From assembly GCA_965116875.1 (NCBI GenBank), contig OZ220733.1:3264001-3328000 (forward strand): a DNA stretch of 64,000 nucleotides. Reading direction: 5' to 3'. Numbering within the stretch: position 1 is the stretch's first letter; each line of letters begins with the position of its first letter. This DNA comes from Candidatus Latescibacterota bacterium. GTDB lineage: Bacteria > Latescibacterota > UBA2968 > GCA-2709665. Shown piece after piece: positions 46,673 through 55,643 of the stretch. The notes under the pieces were generated by a model, which was given only the letters and a program-made list of their open reading frames with translations, was not told where the DNA came from and searched no databases. The position numbers were made by a program, and so were the translations under genes.

Positions 46673-48307
46673 ATGCAGTCCATTGCAAAGTTTCTGAGCG
46701 GCAAGACGCTTTTTGTTACCGGCGCGACGGGATTCCTGGCGAAGGGGTTCGTGGAGAAGGTCCTGTTTTCCGCGCCCGACGTGGCGCGGATCTTTATCCT
46801 GATCCGTCCGCGGTCACGTTCCAACGGCCAGATCGTTTCCGAAACGGAACGCCTGGAATCTGAAATCCTTCAGTCCCGTGCGTTTGAGAGGTTGCGAGGG
46901 AAGTGGGGCGCCGCTTTTCCGTCGGTGATGTCCGAGAAGGTCGCGGCGGTGGCCGGCGATCTGACCGAAGACGGACTGGGGATTTCCACCGAACAACGCG
47001 AGCGACTTGTCGAAGAAGTCGATTTTGTCGTCAATTTCGCCGGGACCGTGGTCTTCGACGAGCCCATCGACAGCGCCCTCGAACAGAATACGATGGGCGC
47101 CGCCCGCGTCGTCGGCTTCGCGAACGCCTGCCGGAAAGCCGCGCTCGTTCATGTATCAACCGCGTACGTGAGCGGAAAGCGCACCGGCCGGATATCCGAA
47201 GCGCCGCTTCCCCAGGACAAGAGCGTTTCGGACCTCATCAACGGAAGCGCCGCCGGGTTCGACCTGCAGGGTGAGATTGACGCCATTCGGGCCTTCACGC
47301 GGGAAGTCGAGGAGGCATCCAGGGAACCCGGCCTCGAGGCGGCGTTCCTGAAGCAGCTCCGGCGGCAGGACCGCGGAAAACGCGTGACCGACTACCGGAA
47401 GGCCCACCAGATGGAAGCCCTTCGCCAGCGCTGGATTCGAAAACAACTTGTAGAAGAAGGCATGCGGCGTGCGAGGCGCCACGGCTGGAACGACAGCTAC
47501 ACCCTCACCAAGGCGATGGGCGAACAGTTGGTCGTGAAACTGCGGGGAGACCTTCCAACGGCCATCGTACGGCCGTCAATCGTAGAGAGCAGCCTCGAGG
47601 ACCCGGAACCCGGCTGGGTGGAGGATCTGAAAGTCGCCGATCCGCTGATCGTCCACTACGGCAAGGGCCGTCTTTCAAATTTCCCGATCGATCCCGGGAT
47701 TGTGCTGGATATCATACCGGTGGACGTCCTGAACAACGCCGTCACCGCGGTTCTTCCGCAGGTGCGCGGGTCCGGGGAGATGAAGGTCTACCACGTGGCC
47801 TCGGGCTCACGGAACCCGGTTCGAGCCAGAGAAATGGTCGAACTGGTTTACGGGTATTTCAAATCTTCGCCCATGCAGGACCGAGCCGGGCGGCCCATCG
47901 ACGTCAGGCCCTGGCAGTTCATCAGCCAGCGGCGGTTCCGTTGTCTGGTCGCACTGAAATACAAGCTTCCTCTGGGTCTGTTGAAGGCGGCTGTGGACTA
48001 TCTGCCCGCCCGATGGGTTTCGCGCTACAGGCGTCGGGTTTCCGGTATGGAAGCCGTGCTGGAGCGGCTCGAGTCCCTGGTCGATACCTATTGCGGATAC
48101 ACCCATCTCGATTGCGAGTTCGAAACGGAGAATACCCGCCGGCTTTTCGAGGCGCTGAACCCCGATGATCAGAAGGAGTTCAACTTCGACGTGACGCGCA
48201 TCAACTGGCGGGAATATATCCAGGAGATCCACATTCCTGGATTGAAACACCATGTGTTGAAAGAGGGAGACGGGGCGGTTTCCACGATGACAGCCGAGGC
48301 CGATTGA
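46673..48307 (+). CDS. Fatty acyl-CoA/ACP reductase (alcohol-forming, male-sterility FAR family)
   Basis: FVTGATGFLAK, HVSTAYV, GWNDSYTLTKAMGE (YxxxK), IVRPSIVES..EPEPGW-type motif, DIIPVD, C-terminal FNFDVTRINWREY..IHIPGL. Confidence 0.9.
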   Translation: MQSIAKFLSGKTLFVTGATGFLAKGFVEKVLFSAPDVARIFILIRPRSRSNGQIVSETERLESEILQSRAFERLRGKWGAAFPSVMSEKVAAVAGDLTEDGLGISTEQRERLVEEVDFVVNFAGTVVFDEPIDSALEQNTMGAARVVGFANACRKAALVHVSTAYVSGKRTGRISEAPLPQDKSVSDLINGSAAGFDLQGEIDAIRAFTREVEEASREPGLEAAFLKQLRRQDRGKRVTDYRKAHQMEALRQRWIRKQLVEEGMRRARRHGWNDSYTLTKAMGEQLVVKLRGDLPTAIVRPSIVESSLEDPEPGWVEDLKVADPLIVHYGKGRLSNFPIDPGIVLDIIPVDVLNNAVTAVLPQVRGSGEMKVYHVASGSRNPVRAREMVELVYGYFKSSPMQDRAGRPIDVRPWQFISQRRFRCLVALKYKLPLGLLKAAVDYLPARWVSRYRRRVSGMEAVLERLESLVDTYCGYTHLDCEFETENTRRLFEALNPDDQKEFNFDVTRINWREYIQEIHIPGLKHHVLKEGDGAVSTMTAEAD

Positions 48308-48432
48308 CCGCCATCGGGAGGTTCGAGATTCAGGATCGCCATCGGTCGTACGTTCACGCGATGGGGTTTCGAACGGTGCGAATCCGAATCAGGTATTGAC
48401 GGTCTGTCGGCTTTTTTCAGAAGTGACAACAA

Positions 48433-50373
48433 ATGGATCGAAACAGGACAGTCCCCGTACACCAGGTGCTGTTGCAGGATCCGGACAGGCTGCGTGCAGC
48501 GTACGACCAGGCCGCCTCGGAGTTGATCGAGGCGGTCCGGCCCGAGGGCTATTTCGAGGGCTGGACGGCCGGGGAGCTGACATGGCCGGCCGGCGGGGTG
48601 GATCGGGTCGGCCTGGAAGGCCTGCGTAGACGCGCGCGAATCGTGGACGCGATTTATAGCGGTGTTCCGGCGCTGAGGGATCGGAGACTGAAAGAGGCGC
48701 ACGACCACTTCGTCGAACTGACGCCGGCCTACCACGAGGGGAACCGGATTTACCTGCGGCTGCGGGACGAGTTTGTAGGCGGCGGCGCCGGAACGGGGCA
48801 GGATTTCCTGAAACTGTACCAGTCCCTGTACGTGGAGGCGCTTGCAAAAGGGGACGATTTCTCGCCCGATCCGGCCGAGACGGCGCTGGCGCAAGCCAGG
48901 ATATCGAGGGTACCGCTGTCCCATGCCAGTGCCGTTGCTGAAGCCCTGCCCAGCGTTGCCACGGACGAGGATCCCCGTTGGAGGCTCGAATACGCCTGCG
49001 AGGTGAATGGCAATACATGGAACGGATCCCTCCGTGAACTCCTGGAAGACGTGGCGCAGCGGACCTTGCACCTGATTGCCGCCGGAGAGCTTCTCGCCAC
49101 GCGCTACAACACGTACAATAACCTGGGATGGTTCGGCAGTTCGGTGTGGAAGGTGGTCGCGGACGCGGACGTGCGGCTGTATGGGATGGATGACTCGGAC
49201 GCCGAGCGCATGGCGGCCCTGAAGGCGGACGTGGATTTGTGCCGGAGTATGCTCGTGGAGTTTCTCGCGGCCCACCGGGAGGACCCCGCCCGGCTGCGGC
49301 CGGAGAACTACTGGTACGGGCAGCCGTACAGCTATCTGACGCGGGATATGATCGATCTGAGCGTCCGGATTGTGGATGCGGTGAATTCGGCGGCTCGGGA
49401 CGAAGACGGATTGACCGAAACGGCGCTCCCTCCGCTGCTGGCCGGCGCCCATTCGGGTCGATTTCTGGACTACGCTCACGTGGGGGTTACGAAGGAATTG
49501 ACGTCCCTCCAGCGCAAAATGAGGATGTTGCGGTGGGCGAAGCGCTGCTGGCGGGTTGGACGGCGACGGAAACGCATCGCGGAGGAGGATCTCGCGCCGT
49601 CGCAAAGGCACGAGCGCGCGTGGGAGGTCTGGCTGGATTGGTCCCGCGACACGATGAATGCATTCGGCATCCGTCTGGACGTGACGATAGACCCGATGTT
49701 CCGGACCATGGTCCGGGAGATGGAACTCTCCCGCGGAGGCCAGCGGATTCTGTTTCTGCCTTCGCATCAGAGCATGCTGGAGCACTTCGTGGTGTTTTCG
49801 GTTTTCAATCACCCGGTGTTTCTGGATGCAATGGGGTGGGATCGTTCCCGGCCGGTCGTTCAACTGGCCCGCACGGGACTGGCGAAGTCCACGTCGGTGA
49901 AGATCGGATCCCGCGAGATCAGCATCTTCGGGATGTCTCCGGACAAATTCGACAGGATGTTCGAAACCGTCGACGGCTTCATCACCAGGGACAGCGTCGA
50001 CATCTCGTCCCATACGATTCCACGCATCCTGCAGGAGATGGAACGCCGCCCCGGTGTGATCTATCCGATGGGCACAACGGCTTCGTTCGACGTACAGCTG
50101 TTCCCGCTCCAGCACGCGCTGTTCGCGAAACTCCCCGCGGACGTGGTGATGATTCCCATCGTCTTTCGCGGCAGCCATGCGCTCTGGCCCAAGTGCCCGG
50201 CGCGCAATCTGAATATTAATCCGGGTGTGATCGAGGCGGTAATCCTGCCCCCTATGCCGGGCGAGACCACGTTGCTGCCCCGCCGCCGCTCGCTGCGAAT
50301 CCAGCTGGAAGCCGCCAATCTGCTCCAGGCGGTGCATATTTCCAATCTGCTGAATCCGGAGCCATCGCAGTGA
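48433..50373 (+). CDS. Unknown N-terminal domain + PlsC/PlsB-superfamily acyltransferase (candidate DHAP acyltransferase)
   Basis: ILFLPSHQSMLEH (HxxxxE variant), VIYPMGTT (variant of FPEGT), MIPIVFRGS; located between FAR and AGPS. Confidence 0.65.
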   Translation: MDRNRTVPVHQVLLQDPDRLRAAYDQAASELIEAVRPEGYFEGWTAGELTWPAGGVDRVGLEGLRRRARIVDAIYSGVPALRDRRLKEAHDHFVELTPAYHEGNRIYLRLRDEFVGGGAGTGQDFLKLYQSLYVEALAKGDDFSPDPAETALAQARISRVPLSHASAVAEALPSVATDEDPRWRLEYACEVNGNTWNGSLRELLEDVAQRTLHLIAAGELLATRYNTYNNLGWFGSSVWKVVADADVRLYGMDDSDAERMAALKADVDLCRSMLVEFLAAHREDPARLRPENYWYGQPYSYLTRDMIDLSVRIVDAVNSAARDEDGLTETALPPLLAGAHSGRFLDYAHVGVTKELTSLQRKMRMLRWAKRCWRVGRRRKRIAEEDLAPSQRHERAWEVWLDWSRDTMNAFGIRLDVTIDPMFRTMVREMELSRGGQRILFLPSHQSMLEHFVVFSVFNHPVFLDAMGWDRSRPVVQLARTGLAKSTSVKIGSREISIFGMSPDKFDRMFETVDGFITRDSVDISSHTIPRILQEMERRPGVIYPMGTTASFDVQLFPLQHALFAKLPADVVMIPIVFRGSHALWPKCPARNLNINPGVIEAVILPPMPGETTLLPRRRSLRIQLEAANLLQAVHISNLLNPEPSQ

Positions 50374-50465
50374 CGCGGGGCCCCTGGACGTCCCGGACCA
50401 TCTCTCATTGAATTGCGCGGCCGCATTTGTATGGTACGGCCGGCTGTGGAAATCTGGAGTCCGTT

Positions 50466-52313
50466 ATGCCTGACTGGGGAGTAGCAGCGGTTGCCGTAGC
50501 GGCCGTCGTGCTGTTCGCGCATCTGTCCAGCCGGAGGCGATCCGGAAACGAACCGGACGATTTCTTCGATCATTCGGAAGGAGAACGGTTTCCCCACAAG
50601 TGGGGATATACGGATACGCGTTTCGAGTTTGTGGATGAACGGACGGTGAAGGTGACCGGGAACCGGTACCCGATATCGGGGTACCGGATGCCGTTTCTGG
50701 TCGCCTTTGTCGAAGACGTGCTGGGGGTGCCAATCCGACGTCAGGACTCGTACGCGGAACGCGGGGACGTCGAGGCGTCCGAGCCGAATCTGGACGGGGA
50801 ATTCGGCAACGCGGTGAAAGAACGGTTCGGCGCGGGGCAGATTTCGTTCGATCCCAAAACGAGGCTGGTACACAGTCATGGACAACTGAGCGTTGAGGAA
50901 GTGTATCGCGTGATGTACGGGGATTCGCTGCCGCGTCTGGTCGATATGGTGTTCTATCCGAAGGAAGCGGCCGACGTCAAGGACATCATCGACCTGGCCA
51001 ATGCGCACGACGTCTGCCTGGTGCCCTATGGCGGAGGGACGAACGTGAGCGGGGCGCTGGCGTGTCCGCCCGACGAGCGGCGCACGATCGTTTCCGTGGA
51101 TATGCGGCGAATGGACCGGGTGCTGTGGATCGACGAGGACAATCTCCAGGCCTGCGTCGAATCCGGCATTTCGGGGAAGGCGATGGAGCAGGCGCTGGGG
51201 GAGCGGGGGTATACGTCCGGGCACGATCCCGACAGCGTGGAACTCTCCACCATGGGCGGGTGGATCTCCACCAACGCGAGCGGGATGAAGAAGAACCGTT
51301 ACGGGAATATCGAAGACATCGTACTCGAGGCGACGCTGGTGACGCCCACCGGGGAGATCGCCACACGAGCTGTGACGCCCAGGAATTCCACGGGCGTTCA
51401 GCCGAGGGGCCTGTTGTTCGGCAGCGAAGGCAATTTCGGAATCATCACCACGGCGGTGATCAAAATCCATCCGATCCCGGAGACTCGCAGGTACGGCGCG
51501 CTTGTGTTTCCGGCTTTCGAGAAGGGCGTCGCGTACCTGAAGGCGCTCCGGCAGACCGGAATGCTGCCCGCCAGTATCCGCCTGGTCAACAACAACGAAT
51601 TCCGGTTCGGCCAGGCCCTGAAACCGGCGCCGACGTTTCTGAAGGGCGTCAAGGACCGGATTCAGAAGTTCGTCCTGCTGAAGCTGATGGGTTTCGATCC
51701 GATGAAGATGGCGGCGTGTACCATCGTGATGGAGGGCACGCACGACGAGGTCGGTCAGCAGGAACGCACGATCTTCAGCCTGGCGAAAAAATACGGCGCA
51801 AAGAGCGCGGGCGCGAGCAACGGCAAGAGAGGATACTCGCTGACGTTCGGCATCGCCTATATCCGGGACTTCCTGAACCAGTACGGAATTCTGGGGGAAA
51901 CCTTCGAGACGTCGGTGCCCTGGGACCGGATCCACCATGTGTGCGATGCGGTATCCGGCGAACTGGTCGCCCAGGCAGACAAGCACGACGTCCCCGGCAA
52001 ACCCTATCTCTCGTACAGGGTAACGCAGACCTACCATACGGGCGTTTGCATCTATTTTACCATGGGTATCTACGGCAAGGGCCTGGAACAGCCCGGCCGG
52101 ACGTTTCACGCGATCGAACACCAGTTGCGCCAGGTCATACTGGATAACGGAGGGTCGTTGTCCCATCACCATGGCGTTGGCAAGGTGCGACGGGACTTCC
52201 TGCCTCAGGTCCAGAGCGAGAACAGCATTCAGGTGATGCGCCAGGCGAAGAACGCGATGGATCCGAAAAATATCTTCGGAATCCGGAATGGGGTGTTTGG
52301 GGAGACGGACTGA
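50466..52313 (+). CDS. agps: Alkyl-dihydroxyacetonephosphate synthase (FAD-linked, VAO family)
   Basis: PYGGGTNVS, GHDPDSVELSTMGGWISTNASGMKKNRYGNIED, GSEGNFG, RVTQTY.TGVCIYF, GGSLSHHHGVGK; N-terminal hydrophobic anchor. Confidence 0.85.
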   Translation: MPDWGVAAVAVAAVVLFAHLSSRRRSGNEPDDFFDHSEGERFPHKWGYTDTRFEFVDERTVKVTGNRYPISGYRMPFLVAFVEDVLGVPIRRQDSYAERGDVEASEPNLDGEFGNAVKERFGAGQISFDPKTRLVHSHGQLSVEEVYRVMYGDSLPRLVDMVFYPKEAADVKDIIDLANAHDVCLVPYGGGTNVSGALACPPDERRTIVSVDMRRMDRVLWIDEDNLQACVESGISGKAMEQALGERGYTSGHDPDSVELSTMGGWISTNASGMKKNRYGNIEDIVLEATLVTPTGEIATRAVTPRNSTGVQPRGLLFGSEGNFGIITTAVIKIHPIPETRRYGALVFPAFEKGVAYLKALRQTGMLPASIRLVNNNEFRFGQALKPAPTFLKGVKDRIQKFVLLKLMGFDPMKMAACTIVMEGTHDEVGQQERTIFSLAKKYGAKSAGASNGKRGYSLTFGIAYIRDFLNQYGILGETFETSVPWDRIHHVCDAVSGELVAQADKHDVPGKPYLSYRVTQTYHTGVCIYFTMGIYGKGLEQPGRTFHAIEHQLRQVILDNGGSLSHHHGVGKVRRDFLPQVQSENSIQVMRQAKNAMDPKNIFGIRNGVFGETD

Positions 52314-52368
52314 CGAGAATATCGAGAAAAACCCCCACGCCACCACCGTGCGCGCCGAGGTCGCAGTG

Positions 52369-52394
52369 GTAGGGGCATCCGTTGTGGGTGCCCT
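52369..52394. repeat. GTAG-type REP-like hairpin
   Basis: GTAGGGGCATCC...GGGTGCCCT. Confidence 0.45.
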
Positions 52395-52483
52395 CGTCAT
52401 GGCGCGGACATTGCGATTTGATATCGCCAGGCCATATTTCCAACCGGTTTCATCTGATGGCTGTCTGTAGATCGGGTTTTCCT

Positions 52484-53290
52484 ATGTTCAACGAAAAAGT
52501 CGTTGCGATAACGGGAGCGTCGTCGGGTCTGGGCGCGACGCTGGCGCTGGCGTTCGCCGACGAGGGCGCGGACCTGGCCCTGTTCGCCCTGGACGAGGGT
52601 GTGCAGGACACCGCGGAAGCGTGTCGAGCGCGGGGCAGACGCGCGATTACGGCCACGGGGGACGTGGGAAAACCGGAGGACTGCGAGGCATGGATCAACT
52701 CGGCGGTTGCCGGGTTCGGGGGCGTGGATTATCTGATCGCGTGTGCAGGGATCAGCATGTGGGCGCGGTTTGACGAGGTGGAAGACCTGGCGATTTTTCG
52801 CAAGTTGATGGAAACGAACTACCTGGGCATCGTACATTGCGTCTATTACGCGCTGCCCCATCTGAAGGCGCGCGACGGTATGGTCGTGGCGATCTCTTCC
52901 ATCCAGGGAAAGATCGGCGTTCCCCTGCATACCGGGTACGTAGCGTCCAAGCACGCCGTACAGGGGTTCTTCGAGTCTCTGAGGGCAGAGTTGAGCGACA
53001 CCGGCGTGGACGTGCTGACGGTGCTGCCACACTGGCTGCGGGGCACGAATCTGCGCAAAGCGGCCTTCGGGCGGGATGGCGGTTCTCTTGGCGCGTCCAG
53101 CCGCAAGCACAGCAGGGAGTCCATTTCTCTGGACGACGCCAGCGAAGCCATCATCGAAGCCATGAAGAAGAGGAAGCGGGAACTGATCATTCCGTTCAAG
53201 CTCAGATTTCTGCCCTGGCTGCATCTGATCAACCCGAAGATTGTCGAATACCTGGTAACGCGCGGGGTGTCGAAGCAGGAGAAGGGGTAG
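52484..53290 (+). CDS. Short-chain dehydrogenase/reductase, DHRS7B/PexRAP-like (candidate acyl/alkyl-DHAP reductase)
   Basis: ITGASSGLG, METNY, VAISSIQGK, YVASKHA, FFESLRAE. Confidence 0.75.
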   Translation: MFNEKVVAITGASSGLGATLALAFADEGADLALFALDEGVQDTAEACRARGRRAITATGDVGKPEDCEAWINSAVAGFGGVDYLIACAGISMWARFDEVEDLAIFRKLMETNYLGIVHCVYYALPHLKARDGMVVAISSIQGKIGVPLHTGYVASKHAVQGFFESLRAELSDTGVDVLTVLPHWLRGTNLRKAAFGRDGGSLGASSRKHSRESISLDDASEAIIEAMKKRKRELIIPFKLRFLPWLHLINPKIVEYLVTRGVSKQEKG

Positions 53291-53324
53291 ACCGGCGGGC
53301 TGAAGGCGGAAGACAGGGAGGTCC

Positions 53325-54014
53325 TCAGAAAAAGACGCCATCCAGGTCTACGTGCTGCTCGATGAGGTCGGTCAGGCAACCCGGGTTTCCGGCATCCACG
53401 TCCACGCCGGCATCATGCGGGACGATGCCCAGGGAGCGGACGCCGGACAGGCGGTGGATCACGTCCGGGCTTGTGCGTGCGGCGCGCGGGTCGCCTGGAC
53501 TCGTGGTGTTGTAGACGACGCCGATCACCTTCTGATTGCGCCGTTGGGCGGCCTCGAGCGTCAGCAATGTGTGGTTGATCGTACCCAGCGCGGCGCGGGC
53601 GACCACGAGCACGGGCAGGTCCAGACGGCGGGCGAGGTCCGCGACCAGGAAGTCGTCCCGGATGGGAACCAGCAGGCCGCCCACGCCCTCCACCAGGATG
53701 ATATCGTGAAGGCGTGTCAGGCGGCTGTAGGCATCGTCGATGGGTTCCAGCGGGACCTGGCGGCCTTCCAGTTCGGCCGCTACGTTGGGCGACAGCGGCG
53801 CCGCGAGGCGGACGGGATTGACGAGTTCGAGTGCATCGGTAACGCCCGCGGCCGCAGCAAGGAATCGCGCATCGGCCGTTCCGCCCGAAGAGACGGGCTT
53901 GAATACGCCCACGTCGACGCCGCGCCTGCGCAACAACGCCGCGATTCCGGCGGTTACGGCTGTCTTGCCCGCGCCGGTGTCGGTGGCGGTAACGAAGACT
54001 CCCCTGAATTCCAT
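53325..54014 (-). CDS. bioD: Dethiobiotin synthase
   Basis: FVTATDTGAGKT, FKPVSSG, VEGVGG, LGTINHTLLT. Confidence 0.93.
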   Translation of the reverse strand: MEFRGVFVTATDTGAGKTAVTAGIAALLRRRGVDVGVFKPVSSGGTADARFLAAAAGVTDALELVNPVRLAAPLSPNVAAELEGRQVPLEPIDDAYSRLTRLHDIILVEGVGGLLVPIRDDFLVADLARRLDLPVLVVARAALGTINHTLLTLEAAQRRNQKVIGVVYNTTSPGDPRAARTSPDVIHRLSGVRSLGIVPHDAGVDVDAGNPGCLTDLIEQHVDLDGVFF

Positions 54015-54082
54015 GATCGTGTTTATCCCGCAGATTCGGACGAGCCCGCCCGGGTACGTCGTGAATACGCGTCGGATTGCCG

Positions 54083-55450
54083 TCAGGCCGGGTTCGTCGC
54101 GACCCTGATGGATTCGTAGACGATATCCAGCAGCGTTTCAAGATCGGGGTCGGGAATGGCAAGCGGCGGCATGAGGACGATGGTGTCGCCCAGCGGGCGG
54201 ATGAGAAGACCCCGTTTTCTGGCTTCGCCGCAGACGCGGGCGCCGATCCTCTCCGCGGGGGGATACGGCCGGCCGCCGGATCTGTCGGCAACCAGTTCGA
54301 CGCCTGCGATGAAGCCGCACTGGCGAACGTCCCCCACGTGGGCAAGGGTCCTGAAGCGGCCGAGCCCGCGCGTGAGCAGTTCGATTTTCGGACGCAGCGA
54401 CGCCAGCACGTCGTGGGTTTCAAAGTGTTCGATGGCGGCCAGCGCCGCCGCGCAGCCGAGCGGATTTCCTGTATACGTGTGGCCGTGAAAAAACGTCCGG
54501 CCTTCGCTGTCTTCGCCCAGAAACGCATCGAAGATCTCGCTGGTGGTGAGTGTGGCGGCCACGGGCAGGTATCCGCCCGTGATGCCCTTGCCCAGGCAGA
54601 GAATGTCCGGCGCGACACCTTCTTTCCCGCATGCGAACATCGCGCCGGTGCGGCCGAAGCCGGTGGCGATTTCATCGGCGATCAGCAGGACGTGATGGGC
54701 CCTGCACAGTTCGGCGATGCCCTTCAGGTATCCTTCAGGATGGACCCGCATCCCGCCCGCGCCCTGGACAAGCGGTTCGACAACGAATGCGGCGATGCGG
54801 TGGGCGTCCCGTTCCAGGATTTCCTCGACCGCCCGCAGACAACCCTGGTTGCACCCGCTGTGACCGGCGCAGAACGCGCAGCGGTACGGGTGGGGCGACG
54901 GCGCATTCTGCGTGGCAAAGAGGAGCGGCCCGTACGCCTCGTGGAAGAGGTCGATATTCCCCACGCTCATGGCGCCGATGGTGTCGCCGTGATAGCTCTT
55001 CTCAAGGCTGAGAAAGCCGGTCTTCTCCGGTTTCGGATCCGGTTTCTGCCGCCAATACTGGAAGGCGATTTTGAGCGCGATTTCCACGGCGCACGCGCCG
55101 GTATCCGAGTAGAACACGTGGTTGAGGCCGCCAGGCGTGATTTCCACGAGTTTCTCGGCCAGCCGGATCGCGGGGACGTTGGAAAGACCCAACAGGGTGC
55201 TGTGCGCGACCCGGTCGAGTTGTCCGCGTACGGCATCGTCGATTTCCCTGACGCGGTGACCGTGTACGTTGCACCACATGGAGGAGTAGCCGTCGAGGTA
55301 CCGGTTTCCGTCGATATCCTCCAGGTGGACGCCGTCCGCGCGCGCGATGATGACGGGGTTCTCGCTCGCGTAGGATCGCATCTGGGTGAACGGATGCCAG
55401 ACCAGGCGGCGGTCGAGGTCTTTCAGGCGTGCCTTTTCGTCCGGAGACAT
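54083..55450 (-). CDS. bioA: Adenosylmethionine-8-amino-7-oxononanoate aminotransferase
   Basis: ATG 55450; VWHPFTQM, SSMWCNVHG, YHGDT, DEIATGFGRTG, GKGITGGY, HGHTYTGNP. Confidence 0.93.
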   Translation of the reverse strand: MSPDEKARLKDLDRRLVWHPFTQMRSYASENPVIIARADGVHLEDIDGNRYLDGYSSMWCNVHGHRVREIDDAVRGQLDRVAHSTLLGLSNVPAIRLAEKLVEITPGGLNHVFYSDTGACAVEIALKIAFQYWRQKPDPKPEKTGFLSLEKSYHGDTIGAMSVGNIDLFHEAYGPLLFATQNAPSPHPYRCAFCAGHSGCNQGCLRAVEEILERDAHRIAAFVVEPLVQGAGGMRVHPEGYLKGIAELCRAHHVLLIADEIATGFGRTGAMFACGKEGVAPDILCLGKGITGGYLPVAATLTTSEIFDAFLGEDSEGRTFFHGHTYTGNPLGCAAALAAIEHFETHDVLASLRPKIELLTRGLGRFRTLAHVGDVRQCGFIAGVELVADRSGGRPYPPAERIGARVCGEARKRGLLIRPLGDTIVLMPPLAIPDPDLETLLDIVYESIRVATNPA

Positions 55451-55643
55451 GATACCTGTTGTGGGGGGTTGGGACGGGAAGCGGCGGGTGAAGGCGGATT
55501 GCCGGAGTTCGTCCATGGCTGCGGACGCCGGACGACCGCCGCACCCGTCTCGATGGCAGCAGGCGCCGGGGGTCTGCAAGGTTGGTACCCGAGGTGCTGC
55601 GCCGGGATCGTCCGCCGGGCGGGATTCCCACGGAGCTTTTCGA

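Noticed and set aside
50466-52313. Glycolate oxidase GlcD or D-lactate dehydrogenase (glcB is nearby)
   Set aside because: Has HHHGVG and ASGMKKN rather than the GEHG.G type motif; no glcE/F; neighbours are lipid enzymes
55451-55643. Riboswitch or BirA operator upstream of bioA
   Set aside because: GC-rich, but no recognisable operator palindrome or aptamer consensus
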